Of a stretch of DNA of 64,000 bases, positions 29,572-41,700 are shown piece by piece. A model generated the notes under the pieces. The model saw only the letters and a program-made list of their open reading frames with translations, did no database searches and was not told the origin of the DNA. Location: the NCBI RefSeq assembly GCF_009914755.1, contig NC_060932.1; one strand, given 5' to 3'. The position numbers were made by a program, and so were the translations under genes. Origin of the DNA: the human T2T-CHM13v2.0 reference genome, Homo sapiens. Numbering within the stretch: position 1 is the first letter of the stretch; each line of letters starts with the position of its first letter.

Positions 29572-29756
29572 TTAACTGGGATTTAAGATCACAATGTAGC
29601 AAAGCTTTAGGAGGAAGCCACGCAATTCTCTGAGTATGGTGGAAGCTGACAACCACCCAGTGGCAGCACCATTGAAACAATTATATAGGGGAATGCCAAC
29701 TGAGTCAACTGAAGAGGAAAATTCTGGAAAGACTCCTAAGTTTGCCTTCCAGAATC
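29572..29756 (-). pseudogene. Candidate exon D (last Kelch-like repeat, stop)
   Basis: Acceptor ttttcatcctag|ga; GFW..SVDSVGIPLYNCFNGAATGWLSASTIL..LCYIVILNPS*. Confidence 0.45.
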
Positions 29757-29972
29757 CTAGGATGAAAACTGAATGCACTAGCTTATTTATTGACCTACAT
29801 GGGGACAGTTAGCCCTGTACATTTAAATTTCCTTTTGATCAACTGTCAAAAGGAAACAATGCAAACGCTACAATTATCCTGAACAAAATGTCATTTACTT
29901 GTCGTGAAACTTCTATATCCAGTCAATTGTTTCTTTGTTCTGATCTCAAAGAATAAGGGAAGAACAAAATAC

Positions 29973-30244
29973 CTCCTGGAAGTAGCACAGAACCTATGCT
30001 CTATTCTAACTTCCATCCTGGCCCAGTCCCAACCTTTATATAGAAGCTGGAATATGCTATTATTACTGGCAGTATTTGTTACTATCAGTGCCAAGCTTCC
30101 TATCCATCGAGCCCTCTCAGCTTCCACTGGCCTTTTGTACCAGGGTCCTGATGGGGCCCAACGCTGTGTCCATAAATGAAACATTGTTATTGCTATTTTC
30201 TCAGGCTGACAACAGCTTCCAGGATTACAGAGAAAACCACCACA
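29973..30244 (-). pseudogene. Candidate exon C (Kelch-like)
   Basis: Acceptor tatttgtaccccag|; CGG..MFHLWTQRWAPSGP..WDWARMEVRIEHRFCAT; VLLPGG in an adjacent frame ending at gag|gtattt. Confidence 0.45.
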
Positions 30245-30469
30245 CTGGGGTACAAATACACACAGAGCCTGCCTTCCCTTAATAACAACTGTAGATCTAT
30301 CCTCATTACTTTATACTAATCTTTAAATTTTATTTTATTTTTTTTTTTGGCTGAACCAAAGCTCCTACCACCTCTTCAATAAAATGTGTTCAATAAATTT
30401 ACAAATCTCCTTGGGAATTTTGTTTAGCTCAACAATAAGACAAGCTGAAAATGGCAAAGAATTGAGTGA

Positions 30470-30680
30470 CTACTATTTTTTCCAGCAGCGTGGAAGTCTT
30501 TTCTATTAACTCTTTTACTTCATCTTGACAATAACATTATGAATCAAGAAACAGTATTCCCATCTTACAGGTGATAAAACTAAAGGTAATTAAATTGACC
30601 AAAGTGGCAAAGGCAGAATGAAGTAAGCCCAAAATCTGAATCCAGATCTGTCTGATGTGAAAAATTTGCTTTTCTGAGTG
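30470..30680 (-). mobile_element. MIR SINE (in the predicted B-C intron)
   Basis: tattcccatcttacaggtgataaaactaaagg...ttgaccaaagtggca...ctgaatccagatctgtctga. Confidence 0.65.
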
Positions 30681-30750
30681 TCCCACATTTGGCTGGCAGG
30701 CAAACAGAGGCCATCATTCATTCTGTACAAACTAACAACCAACCACACAC

Positions 30751-31531
30751 CATACTGAAGAGGAATCTGGACGCTATCATCCACCAAGGTCATTACATAG
30801 TGGACTATGTTTCTGTAACATGATAGGGAATCTTTTCCATGAGGCAATTATATAGGCATCATTTTGTTTCCCTCTTCTTTCTTTGTGAAGTGTCCCAATG
30901 TAGATACCCCCACAACTGACCCAGCTTGCAGAATTTGATATGTATATCCCACCCTGCAGTGATTCCTCCAGACCCACAGGTCACCGCTGTCTTCAAATGG
31001 CAATTCCAAAATGGCAATCATAGGACAACTTGCATCCATCTGTTGTCATCCTCTGAGCAGAAGGTTGGGTCTCGCAGTTAACATAGTATACAGTAGGGAT
31101 ACTCCTGCACCTCCAGTGTGCACAGCACAATATGCCAGTGGATCTTGAGGAAGAGCTCATTGTCTGGAAGGCCTGTCCTTCAGCATCTTCCAGTCTAGTT
31201 CGTCCACACATGAAGCAGCCTGAGGACTTGTGGAGAATGTGTGAGGAAACCCAAATGGACAGAGGGTACAGTCTCAACGGAAGCATCCTTGAACAATCCA
31301 GTTAGATCTGGCCTGCCTTGGAATGTGGGTAAATGGAGAGTGAGATCATCTTTGGGATGTGTGTTGCCACCATCCCTGCAGTAGCTCAAGAGCAAAGGGT
31401 CATTAGGAATTGGACAGAAATCATGTTGGGCCTCCAGTTAACTCAGACTTCCCACAACTTCTGGACCTAAGTGGCAGGATATCCTGTGGCAGTAATTCAG
31501 TCGGGTTCAGTCCTCTCAGTACCTTCCATCT
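30751..31531 (-). pseudogene. Candidate exon B (BACK-like plus first Kelch repeats)
   Basis: Acceptor ttttaacag|; LRGLNP; HDFCPIPNDPLLLSYCRDG; RPDLTGLFK; LEDAEGQAF; AVHTGG; SLQGGIYIS; SWKRFPIMLQKH/HYVMTLVDD; possible donor atg|gtgtgt. Confidence 0.5.
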
Positions 31532-31576
31532 CTGTTAAAAGATGATAATCAGACTCTGAGTTCCCTTGACTTAAAG

Positions 31577-31807
31577 CAGGGGTCTGTGAACTTTTTCTGT
31601 AAAGGGTCAGATATTAAACATTTTAGGCTTTGCAGGTCATACCATCTCCCTCTCAAGCACTCAACTCTGCCACTGTAGCACAAAAGCAGCTATAGACAAT
31701 ATATAAGTAAATAAGCATGGCTGTGTTTCAATAAAACTTTATTTTTTAAAAAAGAAAACAGGAGGCAGGCTGGATTTCGCCCACAGGCCATAGTTTTCTC
31801 ACATCTG
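31577..31807 (+). mobile_element. MER58A hAT MITE (in the predicted A-B intron)
   Basis: caggggtctgtgaactttttctgtaaagggtcagata...caataaaactttatt...ggccatagttt; TSD acttaaag/acttagag. Confidence 0.9.
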
Positions 31808-31845
31808 ACTTAGAGGATTTAGATGGCAAGGCCAAAAGATGTTAC

Positions 31846-32262
31846 CTGAAGGCTTGTCCCTTATGGCTTTTGTTGCTAGAATCAAAGTTCATTGAAAATA
31901 TTTAGAGGAGAGGAGAGAATTGAGGGCTTTTGGAAGGTAGAGAAAAGCACTGAGTCACAGTGATACAATATTGCCATGGTTCATAGGTTCCATGAGTAGC
32001 TGGAGCCATACCTCCAGCACTCAAGATACTGGGGAAGACAGCAAGACTTCAGAGAAGAACAGCTTCATAGTCCACCTAAGAAGACTGGACCCTAGGCGGG
32101 AGTGTTTCCATCTTTGATAACAAATTCCACATCTAAATGGGGCAAATTAGCAAAGAATCACTCCCAGAGATTGTGGGAACTTAGGCAATAAGCCTCTCAG
32201 CTAAAATATCTTCAACATTCCTCAGTGTTTTAGTCTTCATGAGACTTCTAGAATCTTCCCAT
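31846..32262 (-). pseudogene. Candidate exon A (BTB-like)
   Basis: HNLWE*FFANLPHLDVEFVIKDGNTPA; VDY/MKLFFS; LQLLMEPMNHGNI; LNSLLSSKYFQ; donor cag|gtaac at 31846/31845. Confidence 0.5.
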
Positions 32263-32816
32263 GATTCAGGGGTTAGAGGGTTGTGAGGTATCAAGATGAA
32301 GAAAGATCAAGTAAGATTGACTTTGGAGTCACATTTAACTAGGTTTTTAGCATCATGCATAGTGTAAACTCATCTGCTACATGTCCAACAGAGCTTCTAC
32401 TCCAGATAAAAGCTTGCTCTCAGTTTTTTCAGGGAAAACAGAAAGATGGATATGTGTGTGGGTGATTTGAAATCTTTGAATAGATCGATTTTTAACCATT
32501 AAGTAAGTAAAATCATAAAGCAAGATGGCTCAGTCATATAATTTCCTTTCAACCATTATTTGCTATTTATAAAAATGTTATTTACCAAATAGACTTCTCA
32601 TACCCTAAATTAGGAGGATCCTGGCTTAACAATTCGGCAGGCATTAGGATATTTCCTACCAGAGAGTGCTATAATCACCTTGCCTCCGCTTTAAAATCAC
32701 TGTTGTGCATAGAGTCACTGATGAAATATTCATAGACAAATCTAAAGACAATGTAGTAGGTCTTTCAGAGGATAAATGACCACACAAGAAATAGATTAAA
32801 GCTACTACCATATTAC

Positions 32817-33292
32817 TATATTTGTTTCCTGTGGCTGCTGTAACAATATTACCATAAACTTCCTGTCTGAAAACAACAAAAATTTATTATCTCACAGTTC
32901 TGGAGGCTAAAAGACAAAAAATCAGTACTGCTGGGTCAAAGATATGATGTTGGAGCTCCCTCCAAAAACTCCAGGGTAGAAGCCCTTCCTTGCCTCTTTC
33001 AGATTCTGGTGGCTGTCAGCATTCATTGGCTTATGGCTGCGTCACTACAGTCTCTGCCTGGGTGTCACATTGTCTTTTCCTCTTCTGTCCATGTCAAATC
33101 TCCCTCTGCCTTTTTCTTTTCAGGACACGTGATTGTATTTTGGGCCCACCCACATAATCCAGGATTATCTCTCCATCTCAAGATCCTTAATTTAATCGCC
33201 TCTGCAAAGACCCTTTTTCCACATATGGAAATATTTATAAGTACCAAGGATGAGGATCTGACATCTTTGGGAACCATTATTTAATCTACTAT
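32817..33292 (-). mobile_element. MLT1C-type MaLR LTR
   Basis: gtttcctgtggctgctgtaaca...ccttccttgcctctttcagattctggtggc...ataatccaggattatctc. Confidence 0.85.
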
Positions 33293-33439
33293 AACTATCC
33301 AAAGCCACAAGTCCCTGAACAAATAGTACGTGAGATCATGCCTTTTGCTTTGTTTCTGCAATTATGTGAATTTGAGACACCTCCCAATAGCTAGAGACTT
33401 CTCAAAGATATAGATAGATACATATCCATAAATCATCAC

Positions 33440-33520
33440 TACATTGCACAACCTCAGGGATTCACACTGCATTCTGTGGGAAAGGCATGTCCTGGAATTG
33501 TGCTATGTGATGGTTCCAAG
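33440..33520. mobile_element. MER91-like palindromic MITE remnant
   Basis: Inverted arms gcacaacctcagg / cctggaattgtgc. Confidence 0.5.
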
Positions 33521-33919
33521 TTATTACATCAGATAGAAACAGTTTTCTGTCTTAGACCAAAACACACAAGGTTGTTAGGAAAGGAAGATTTTCCTTAAAA
33601 TTAGTCTCTATGACAAAGAATATACTCCCCCAATCATCTGCTTTCTCTTAATAACCCACAATCAACCACTGATTTTTCCTTTAATCCTTAAGTAACTTTT
33701 TCTACCTCAATTGCCTTTGTAGATAGGTCAGCCACAAGGAAATGAGTTCTATACCACCCTCAAAATGGACGTGGTTCATTTCCAAAAAGGAGATAGTTTG
33801 TAATTTTGTAGGGCTGAGGCATTGTGGTAGGTGCTGGGAATGCACTATGTAGGTGGAGGATATAAAAAGTAAGTAGACAATTTTAATGTAACATAGCAAT
33901 TGAGCATGCAAACACTTAG

Positions 33920-34855
<936 letters not shown>

Positions 34856-36105
34856 GTATACAGAGTGTTATAGGATTGCAGAGAGGAGGAGGGCATTTAA
34901 TCTAGTCTGAGGTGATGGGTTTGAGGAAGACACCTTAGTCACAGCCTTCCTGGGTCAGTTAAGACAATGAAAATGTCTCCTTCTCACCTTCATTCTTCAT
35001 GATGATTTTACAGTGCTAGTATTTTTTTCACAACCTATTTTCCAGATAGAATATTTGTTATCAAAGAAAGGCCAGCATATTGAGGTCTCATCTTTTTCTG
35101 AGAGAAAAATGAATAACTGAATAACTCATCTTAAATTCAACAATCCCTTTAATATTTTGATAGAAAATAACTTACAAGGAACTTACAAAGAACCTGGTCT
35201 ATGTATTACAAAAGGTTTTCATGATCACTACCCATCTCATTATACAGTGTTATAAAGACTCCACTATATTTTAAAGGTCTTGTTTTTATAAAGTTAACCC
35301 ATATGGATGACATCCTGTAACATTTTGTGTACTTCTGGCATTAACTGCTTTGTTATAAAAGCTTTCCTGTGAATAATTCATGGAATGACTTTTATCTGGC
35401 TCAATCTCTGCCTAGTGGGCACACTTAACCTAGGTTTTCCATAAAACATTTTTTTAATTAAAGAAGTAATTTAATTGTTGAGGAAATATCTTTTCTGGTA
35501 CTTTTTCCCATGCGTGGCACACACACACACACATACAAATTTAAAGTAGTTTTTTAGGTTCTGAATTACTGAAACTGAACCTGACGAATACCCTAAACTG
35601 AAACATTGACAAGTATGCTTTCATACAACTAAATAGCAAACATCCTACACAGCATCATTTGTTCTCATCCTTGATTCTTCAGACATTCAGCAATATTTTC
35701 TCTCTCTATTCCAACAGTATTATGTGACTAATAAAGGCATTTGGCATTTTGTTTGTTATTATATCTATCTTTAAGTGTTATTTCCACCATTTTTAATAGC
35801 ATCAGGAAGAACATTTACCCAGTCACATGGGTTTTTTTTTTTTTTTTTTTTTGCTAACAAGTCTCAAAAGAAGCTGCTAAATATTTATCAATAAATTTTG
35901 CAAAATTTTAAAGTACTGTTGAGAATCTTATGTTTTTAATCACCACAGGGGTGGGATGGGGGAACTGCAGAGGTTTGTCTTTCCGTTTGGATGTCGTGAG
36001 GTTAAATGAATTGCTGATCTCAATGGAGTGTTAATATCCTTGGGCTTATAAGATACAATTGATACTTGGGTGACATTCATTATCAAGGATGGCAAAGATA
36101 ATTCA

Positions 36106-36564
<459 letters not shown>

Positions 36565-36600
36565 TTATTACCCTCATTTGCATTTTTGGAGAGGAATACT

Positions 36601-36706
36601 TTTTTTTTTTTTTTTTTTAGACGGAGTCTGGCTCTGTCTCCCAGGCTGGAGTGCAGTGGTGCGATCTCGGCTCACTGCAAGCTCCGCCTCCCGGTTCACG
36701 CAATTC
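36601..36706 (-). mobile_element. Severely 5'-truncated AluY
   Basis: T tract plus gcaagctccgcctcccggttcacg; exact TSD ttggagaggaatactttt. Confidence 0.9.
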
Positions 36707-39024
36707 TTGGAGAGGAATACTTTTAAGTTGCTTGTCCATTCTGTCAGAGTAAGGAAGAGAATAAAATCAATAAATTCATGTCACATGCTGAGTGAAGGGC
36801 AACATGAGACAATATGCAGGAAGTGAAGAAGCAAGCTGAGGGCACTTGGATCCTCTGAAAAGTGCAAAGTCCCTCCATCCTCACCTGACCTGGCTTGAGT
36901 GTACATGATGTGGGGCTGTCTGACATAAAACAGACACGATATGGCAGCCTCAATCCATATTTTCAGTATTAGTAAAGTTTAATTTCTTCATTATTTTTAG
37001 AAAAAATTATCTAAATAGTGTTCTTTTGCAAGCAATAGATTCTCCTGTACACCCTACATGTATAGGCCACTGGTCTAGTGAAATAGCATGAACCCTGGGC
37101 TGTCTGGGCTAATGAGAGGGAAATTCCTCCTAAGGTTGCCATGAGGATCAAATAAGAATGGTCTATAAATCATGAAAAGCCATGCCAATGTCAGATATGA
37201 TTATTACTGCTTGGGAAGATCTACCTGTGCCATTGGATTATCTTCACCTAGGTTCATTACCTTGCATGTACCCACTCTCAAATCCATCTCCAATTCACTG
37301 GTGAATCAGAATTGTAATAGTCTGATAAGTTAAACTCATCAAAGGGTATTTGAAATTCTGAGTAGGTCATCGTCTCTTTGCCCCCTCCCCATTTTTATAC
37401 TTCTATATATTCTTTTGAAGAAAAACTGGGATCATGAGACAGACTTGCTTTCCCCTAAAAGGCTGTTTACTTTGTGAGCTCCTCTTAACCTTTCCCATGT
37501 ACCCACAGTTCCTTGTGGCCCCTGAGAATCACCTGCTCAGGGCCCCTTTCCTGTGCCCCCAGCATCTTCCCTTCTACCCAGGGTCATCTCAGTGCAGCAG
37601 CCTAGATCAGAACCACCCTGTGCTCCCTCTGACCTCATCTAGACTATTCTAGATCTCAATGGCTCCTATCACTTCAGGGTGAGGCCACAGGAACCCTAGT
37701 TCTCATTAGGAAATCCAAATTCCCGATGCCCCCAGAGGCATGGAAACTCTGCACTGGCTGCTGCTGTTCCCACGAAGCAGCCATGATTCACAGAGCAGCT
37801 CTTTTCTTAGTAACAATGAAAACATTCTCCTTTGTGTTTTGCCAGTGCAGATAAAGGCCTCTTAAGCAAACCAAACCTGCCTCTGGGTTTTGCCTGGACT
37901 GTGCCATCAGCTTGACTCTTGGAGAGAAAAAGAGAAGACAGTAAGGAATGAGCATCTCTGGAGTGCTTCCTATATACCAGGCTTCGTGGTCTGGTGTGCA
38001 TTTTAACTTACATTATATCTGACTTAGATGCTTCCAATCCTGTCACAAAGGAATGCAAATCTTCCTTTCTCTGTCTCCACCCGGGGAAAGAAACAACTCC
38101 CTCTCTCCCACTCTCTGTCTCTCTCTCTCTCTGCCATAAATCCATGGGACCTCCTCCTTGAGGCCTCTAACAGCCTGACCATTCTGCCCAAGGCAGGGAA
38201 CTTAGACCCACACACTGGACGGAGCATTTGAACTTCTTCCTCTCCCATCAGAAATACATGGCATTTGATTCTCCCCATCTTGGCTTCTAAAATAATTATT
38301 TTCATTGCTTCCCAGGCACATAGCAAAGTTGGACAATCAAAAATGATTTCTTCTTTATAATGACAGTAACATGTTAGAATCTATGCATGGCTGACTAATT
38401 CTGTTGAATTTATAGTCTCATTTACAGTGAAAATAAAATCTAATACAGCCCCAAAGAGCTAGAGGTAGTTATTGCAACAAACCTGAAATATGAGAACTAG
38501 GTTATATTTATTTTTTTAAGCAAACACCTGATTTCAGGGACTTAATACACGTTTGAGATTAATGAAAATATTTCCTCATATAAATAGTGAAAATGCCAAC
38601 ATAAATATTGTGGGCTTTGCCCTCCAGCTTTCTTGTGGAGTGGACGACTGCCGTCTTGGCACCCCTGAGAAACTGCCCGCAGCAGTGATCCAAATAAATG
38701 GTGACTCATTATTCACCTGCCAGGTCTGAAATTACCATGTCAGCCCCTGTCTGTCCACCAGGCAAGTCTTTCCCAGTTATTTTTAGAAAAGTACCCACAG
38801 TAGAAGCAGCTCTAGAACATTTTCTTATATTGTGGCCATGTTTAAGTATGATTGAAAATGGATATCATGAAGCTTTCAGCCACACCCGGAGCCTGGATCT
38901 GAAGAGGCTATGAAGTTCATGGCAGCTTGCTTTTAAGGTGTCGCCCTTCTTCCTGAGCCACAGCTTCCCCTTCTGGAAACTTGCCTGGGCCTCACTTTCC
39001 TCGTATGATGGAGTCAGACTAGAC

Positions 39025-39185
39025 CAGTGAGTCTCAAATTTTAATGTGTACACAGATCACCTCGGGATCTTGGTAAACTTCAGATTCTTATTCAATAGAT
39101 TTTGGGAGAGGCCTAAAAGTCTACATTTCTAGCAAGCTCTCAGGTGATACCAGTGCTATGGATCCACAGACTTTGAGCACCAAGA
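39025..39185. mobile_element. MER5A1-like hAT MITE
   Basis: cagtgagtctcaaatttt...gatcacctcgggatcttggtaaa...catttctagcaagctctcaggtgat. Confidence 0.75.
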
Positions 39186-40744
39186 GGCTAGATGACTTCC
39201 CAAGAAACTTTCAATACTGAAGTTTTATCCCATTCAAAGTGATGCAAAAAGGTTAAGTAACAAATGTTGCAACATAATATAGGAAAGCTGAACATCTAAG
39301 TTTTGAAGTCTCGTAACAATAACACAGTTCAGCAGACTGTCCAAACTGCCTTGGCTAGGACTGTTCATGGTTTAGTTTAATAAAGCATATAGGACCCCAA
39401 ATGTCTACAGACTTCTTTACCTTTTTTTCCATGAGCAATTAAGATGAAATTACTGTTTTTTGTTTCTTGTTTTTTTTTTTTTTTTTTTTTTTGGTAACAA
39501 TTTTGTTAGCTCAGGACAATTCAACAATTAACCCCCCAGCTCGGATATCCCCAAGGCCAAGGTTTAATTCCAAGAACTATTATCCAAACTGAAAAAAAAG
39601 AAAAAGAGAAAAAAGTGTGTAAAACTGGTGAAAATATGCCAGTTTAAAATACAATTTGTAATTCTCAAAGAATGAGGATAATTGTTCCCCTTCTCTCAAC
39701 TTAAGTTTTGGCTGGAAGGAATAGTTAGCACAAGAGAAAAACAACGGCTCCAAATACACTTGGCAGTGGTAAGGCCAATGCTCAGCTTTCCCTGGTGGGT
39801 GAGAACCTGGCTTCTGCTACTTGTGAGAATTTATAGAAGCTTAACCACCTGGGACAGATGATCATTGTTTTATAATAGCCCTAGGGAAAGTTAAGTCCAT
39901 TCTTTTCTCCATAACTGGCAACAAAGATCTAGAAAGAGAGTCCATGATGAGTGCCTTCTGGGGGGATTTGTAAATTCAGAAATGGCACAAAGGCTCACAC
40001 ATTCAGAGCTGGCTTGAGGGAGAAAGGGAGCATGAAACAGAAAAAGGAGGGTGTGAAATGTGTGCAAGGTACATCAGTCGATGCATTTACTTCACACCTT
40101 TTTCCAGAGGACACCACCATAACGTGTGAAGAGGTGCCGGTGTCCCCCTGCTGGGGCTGGCCTCACCCAGCTGCCCCAGGAATGGCCTGCAAGCTGAGCC
40201 CCACCCAGGGCCCAAGCCAATGCGAGCCAGGCTTCACGTGAAGCTGGAAACATCTTTTCCACTGGCGACTCAGCTATTCACTCCGTGCCCCTGCCAGGTG
40301 TGGCTAGGCCACCGGATGGGCCTTCAGTTTCCCTTGTTTCCTCGTTCCTCAGTCTTTTCCTCATCCCAATCAGAAGCCCATGCTGGCCCTATTTTGGGGA
40401 CTGAGCTGCTCGGGACCTGATTTTTGGGCTCTCCCTGTTCTTCAGGGGTACCTGACCAATGTGGTAAAGGGATCTGTACTGCCAGGTAGCACATGTAGAA
40501 GTATGATTTTCCCCAGGAAATAACCTGGTTTTTAACAGGGTCTTTGACGAGTGAGGCAATGCCTTCCCCCTAAATAGTGACTCAGAAGATACAACACAAT
40601 AAACAGGAGGAAGAAAGATGATGGGGTCAGGGGAGGAACTTAAGACACTTTATCAACCTATCCTACATGTAGGCCAACTTAAACTGTATCAAGTGTGGCT
40701 GGTTTTATCACTTCCATCTGTTCCTGCTTAGAGAAAGTTAAAGG

Positions 40745-40900
40745 TAAGTGGCTTCAGGGTAGGGCACAGGGTGAAGCACCTGAAGTCCTCAGTTCTGGAC
40801 CTGCCTCTGCAGCTCCCTATCTGTGTGGTCTTAGACAAGTCACCTCACTTCTTTGTAACTGGTTCCTATCTGTAAAGGGAAGAGATTAACTGGGTCAAAA
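40745..40900 (+). mobile_element. MIR SINE
   Basis: ctgtgtggtcttagacaagtcacctcacttct...ttcctatctgtaaa. Confidence 0.65.
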
Positions 40901-41004
40901 GTTTCCAAAGGTTATGTTTATTTCATTCTTTTTGAGGGATACACTTTCTTTAAAAGGAATCTTACATAGAAGTCCAATTTGTAAAGCAGATAAAAAGCAG
41001 TGTG

Positions 41005-41700
41005 CTTGGTTAGGTACCATCGGATGCTGTAACAAGTAAACCTCAACATTTCCATAGCTTCACAGCCCCGTGCAGTAAGTGCCACTTGGCTTTCTATCTC
41101 AGGTGGTGCAGGGCCCCTTGGCCCTTCCATCATATGGCTCTGCAATACTCTAGGCAATAGTTCTCAACCAGGGGTCATTTTGCCCCTCCCAACCCCGCTT
41201 CCCTCCACCTTCTGCCAAACCAGGAGATATCTGGCAATGCCTGGAGACATTTTAGACTGTTACAACAGGGGAGATGCCCCTGGTATGGAGTGGGCAGAAG
41301 CCAGGGATGTTGCTAAACCCTCTACAATGCACAGGACAAGTCCTCACAACCAAGAATTCTTCAGCCCCAAATGCTGATAGGCTGAGCTCAAGAAACATTG
41401 GTCTAGGTGCTTAAATTCTATGTATCCAGCCAACAAACAGGGAGAGAGCCCTGAGGAATGCTGCATGGGAGGGTTTGCTAGGGCAGGGCTAGAAATGACA
41501 CACATCACTTCCATTCACATTTCATGAGCTAGAACTTGCTCATATGGTATACCTAGCTGTGTGTGTGAGTGTGTGTGCATGCGTGTGTGTGAGTGTGCAT
41601 GTGGCCAGGGCAGAAGGGGAAGATAGGGGTGGTCCCTGACTCAGTAGCTACTTTGCAGAAACAAATCTACACCACCAAGGGGAGCATGCACAGCTGTGGA
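41005..41700 (-). mobile_element. Old MLT1-type LTR interrupted by MER20 and a (TG)n repeat
   Basis: gctagaaatgacacacatcacttccattcacatttcatgagctagaac...acctagctg. Confidence 0.6.
41155..41400 (+). mobile_element. MER20 hAT MITE
   Basis: ttctcaaccaggggtcattttgccc...gcaatgcctggagacatttt...gccagggatgttgctaaaccctctacaatgcacaggaca. Confidence 0.9.

Larger units (their letters stand above)
29572..32262 (-). pseudogene. Candidate decayed multi-exon BTB-BACK-Kelch (KLHL/KBTBD-like) gene
   Basis: Manual minus-strand translation gives BTB-, BACK- and Kelch-like motifs in the correct order across four segments separated by GT..AG gaps; many stops and frameshifts; no search run. Confidence 0.55.

Noticed and set aside
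30750-31530. Alternative readings as RTE/L4 LINE, GPCR, WD40 or THEMIS-like relic
   Set aside because: Each rested on a single short motif; only the BTB-BACK-Kelch reading gave ordered motifs across several segments.
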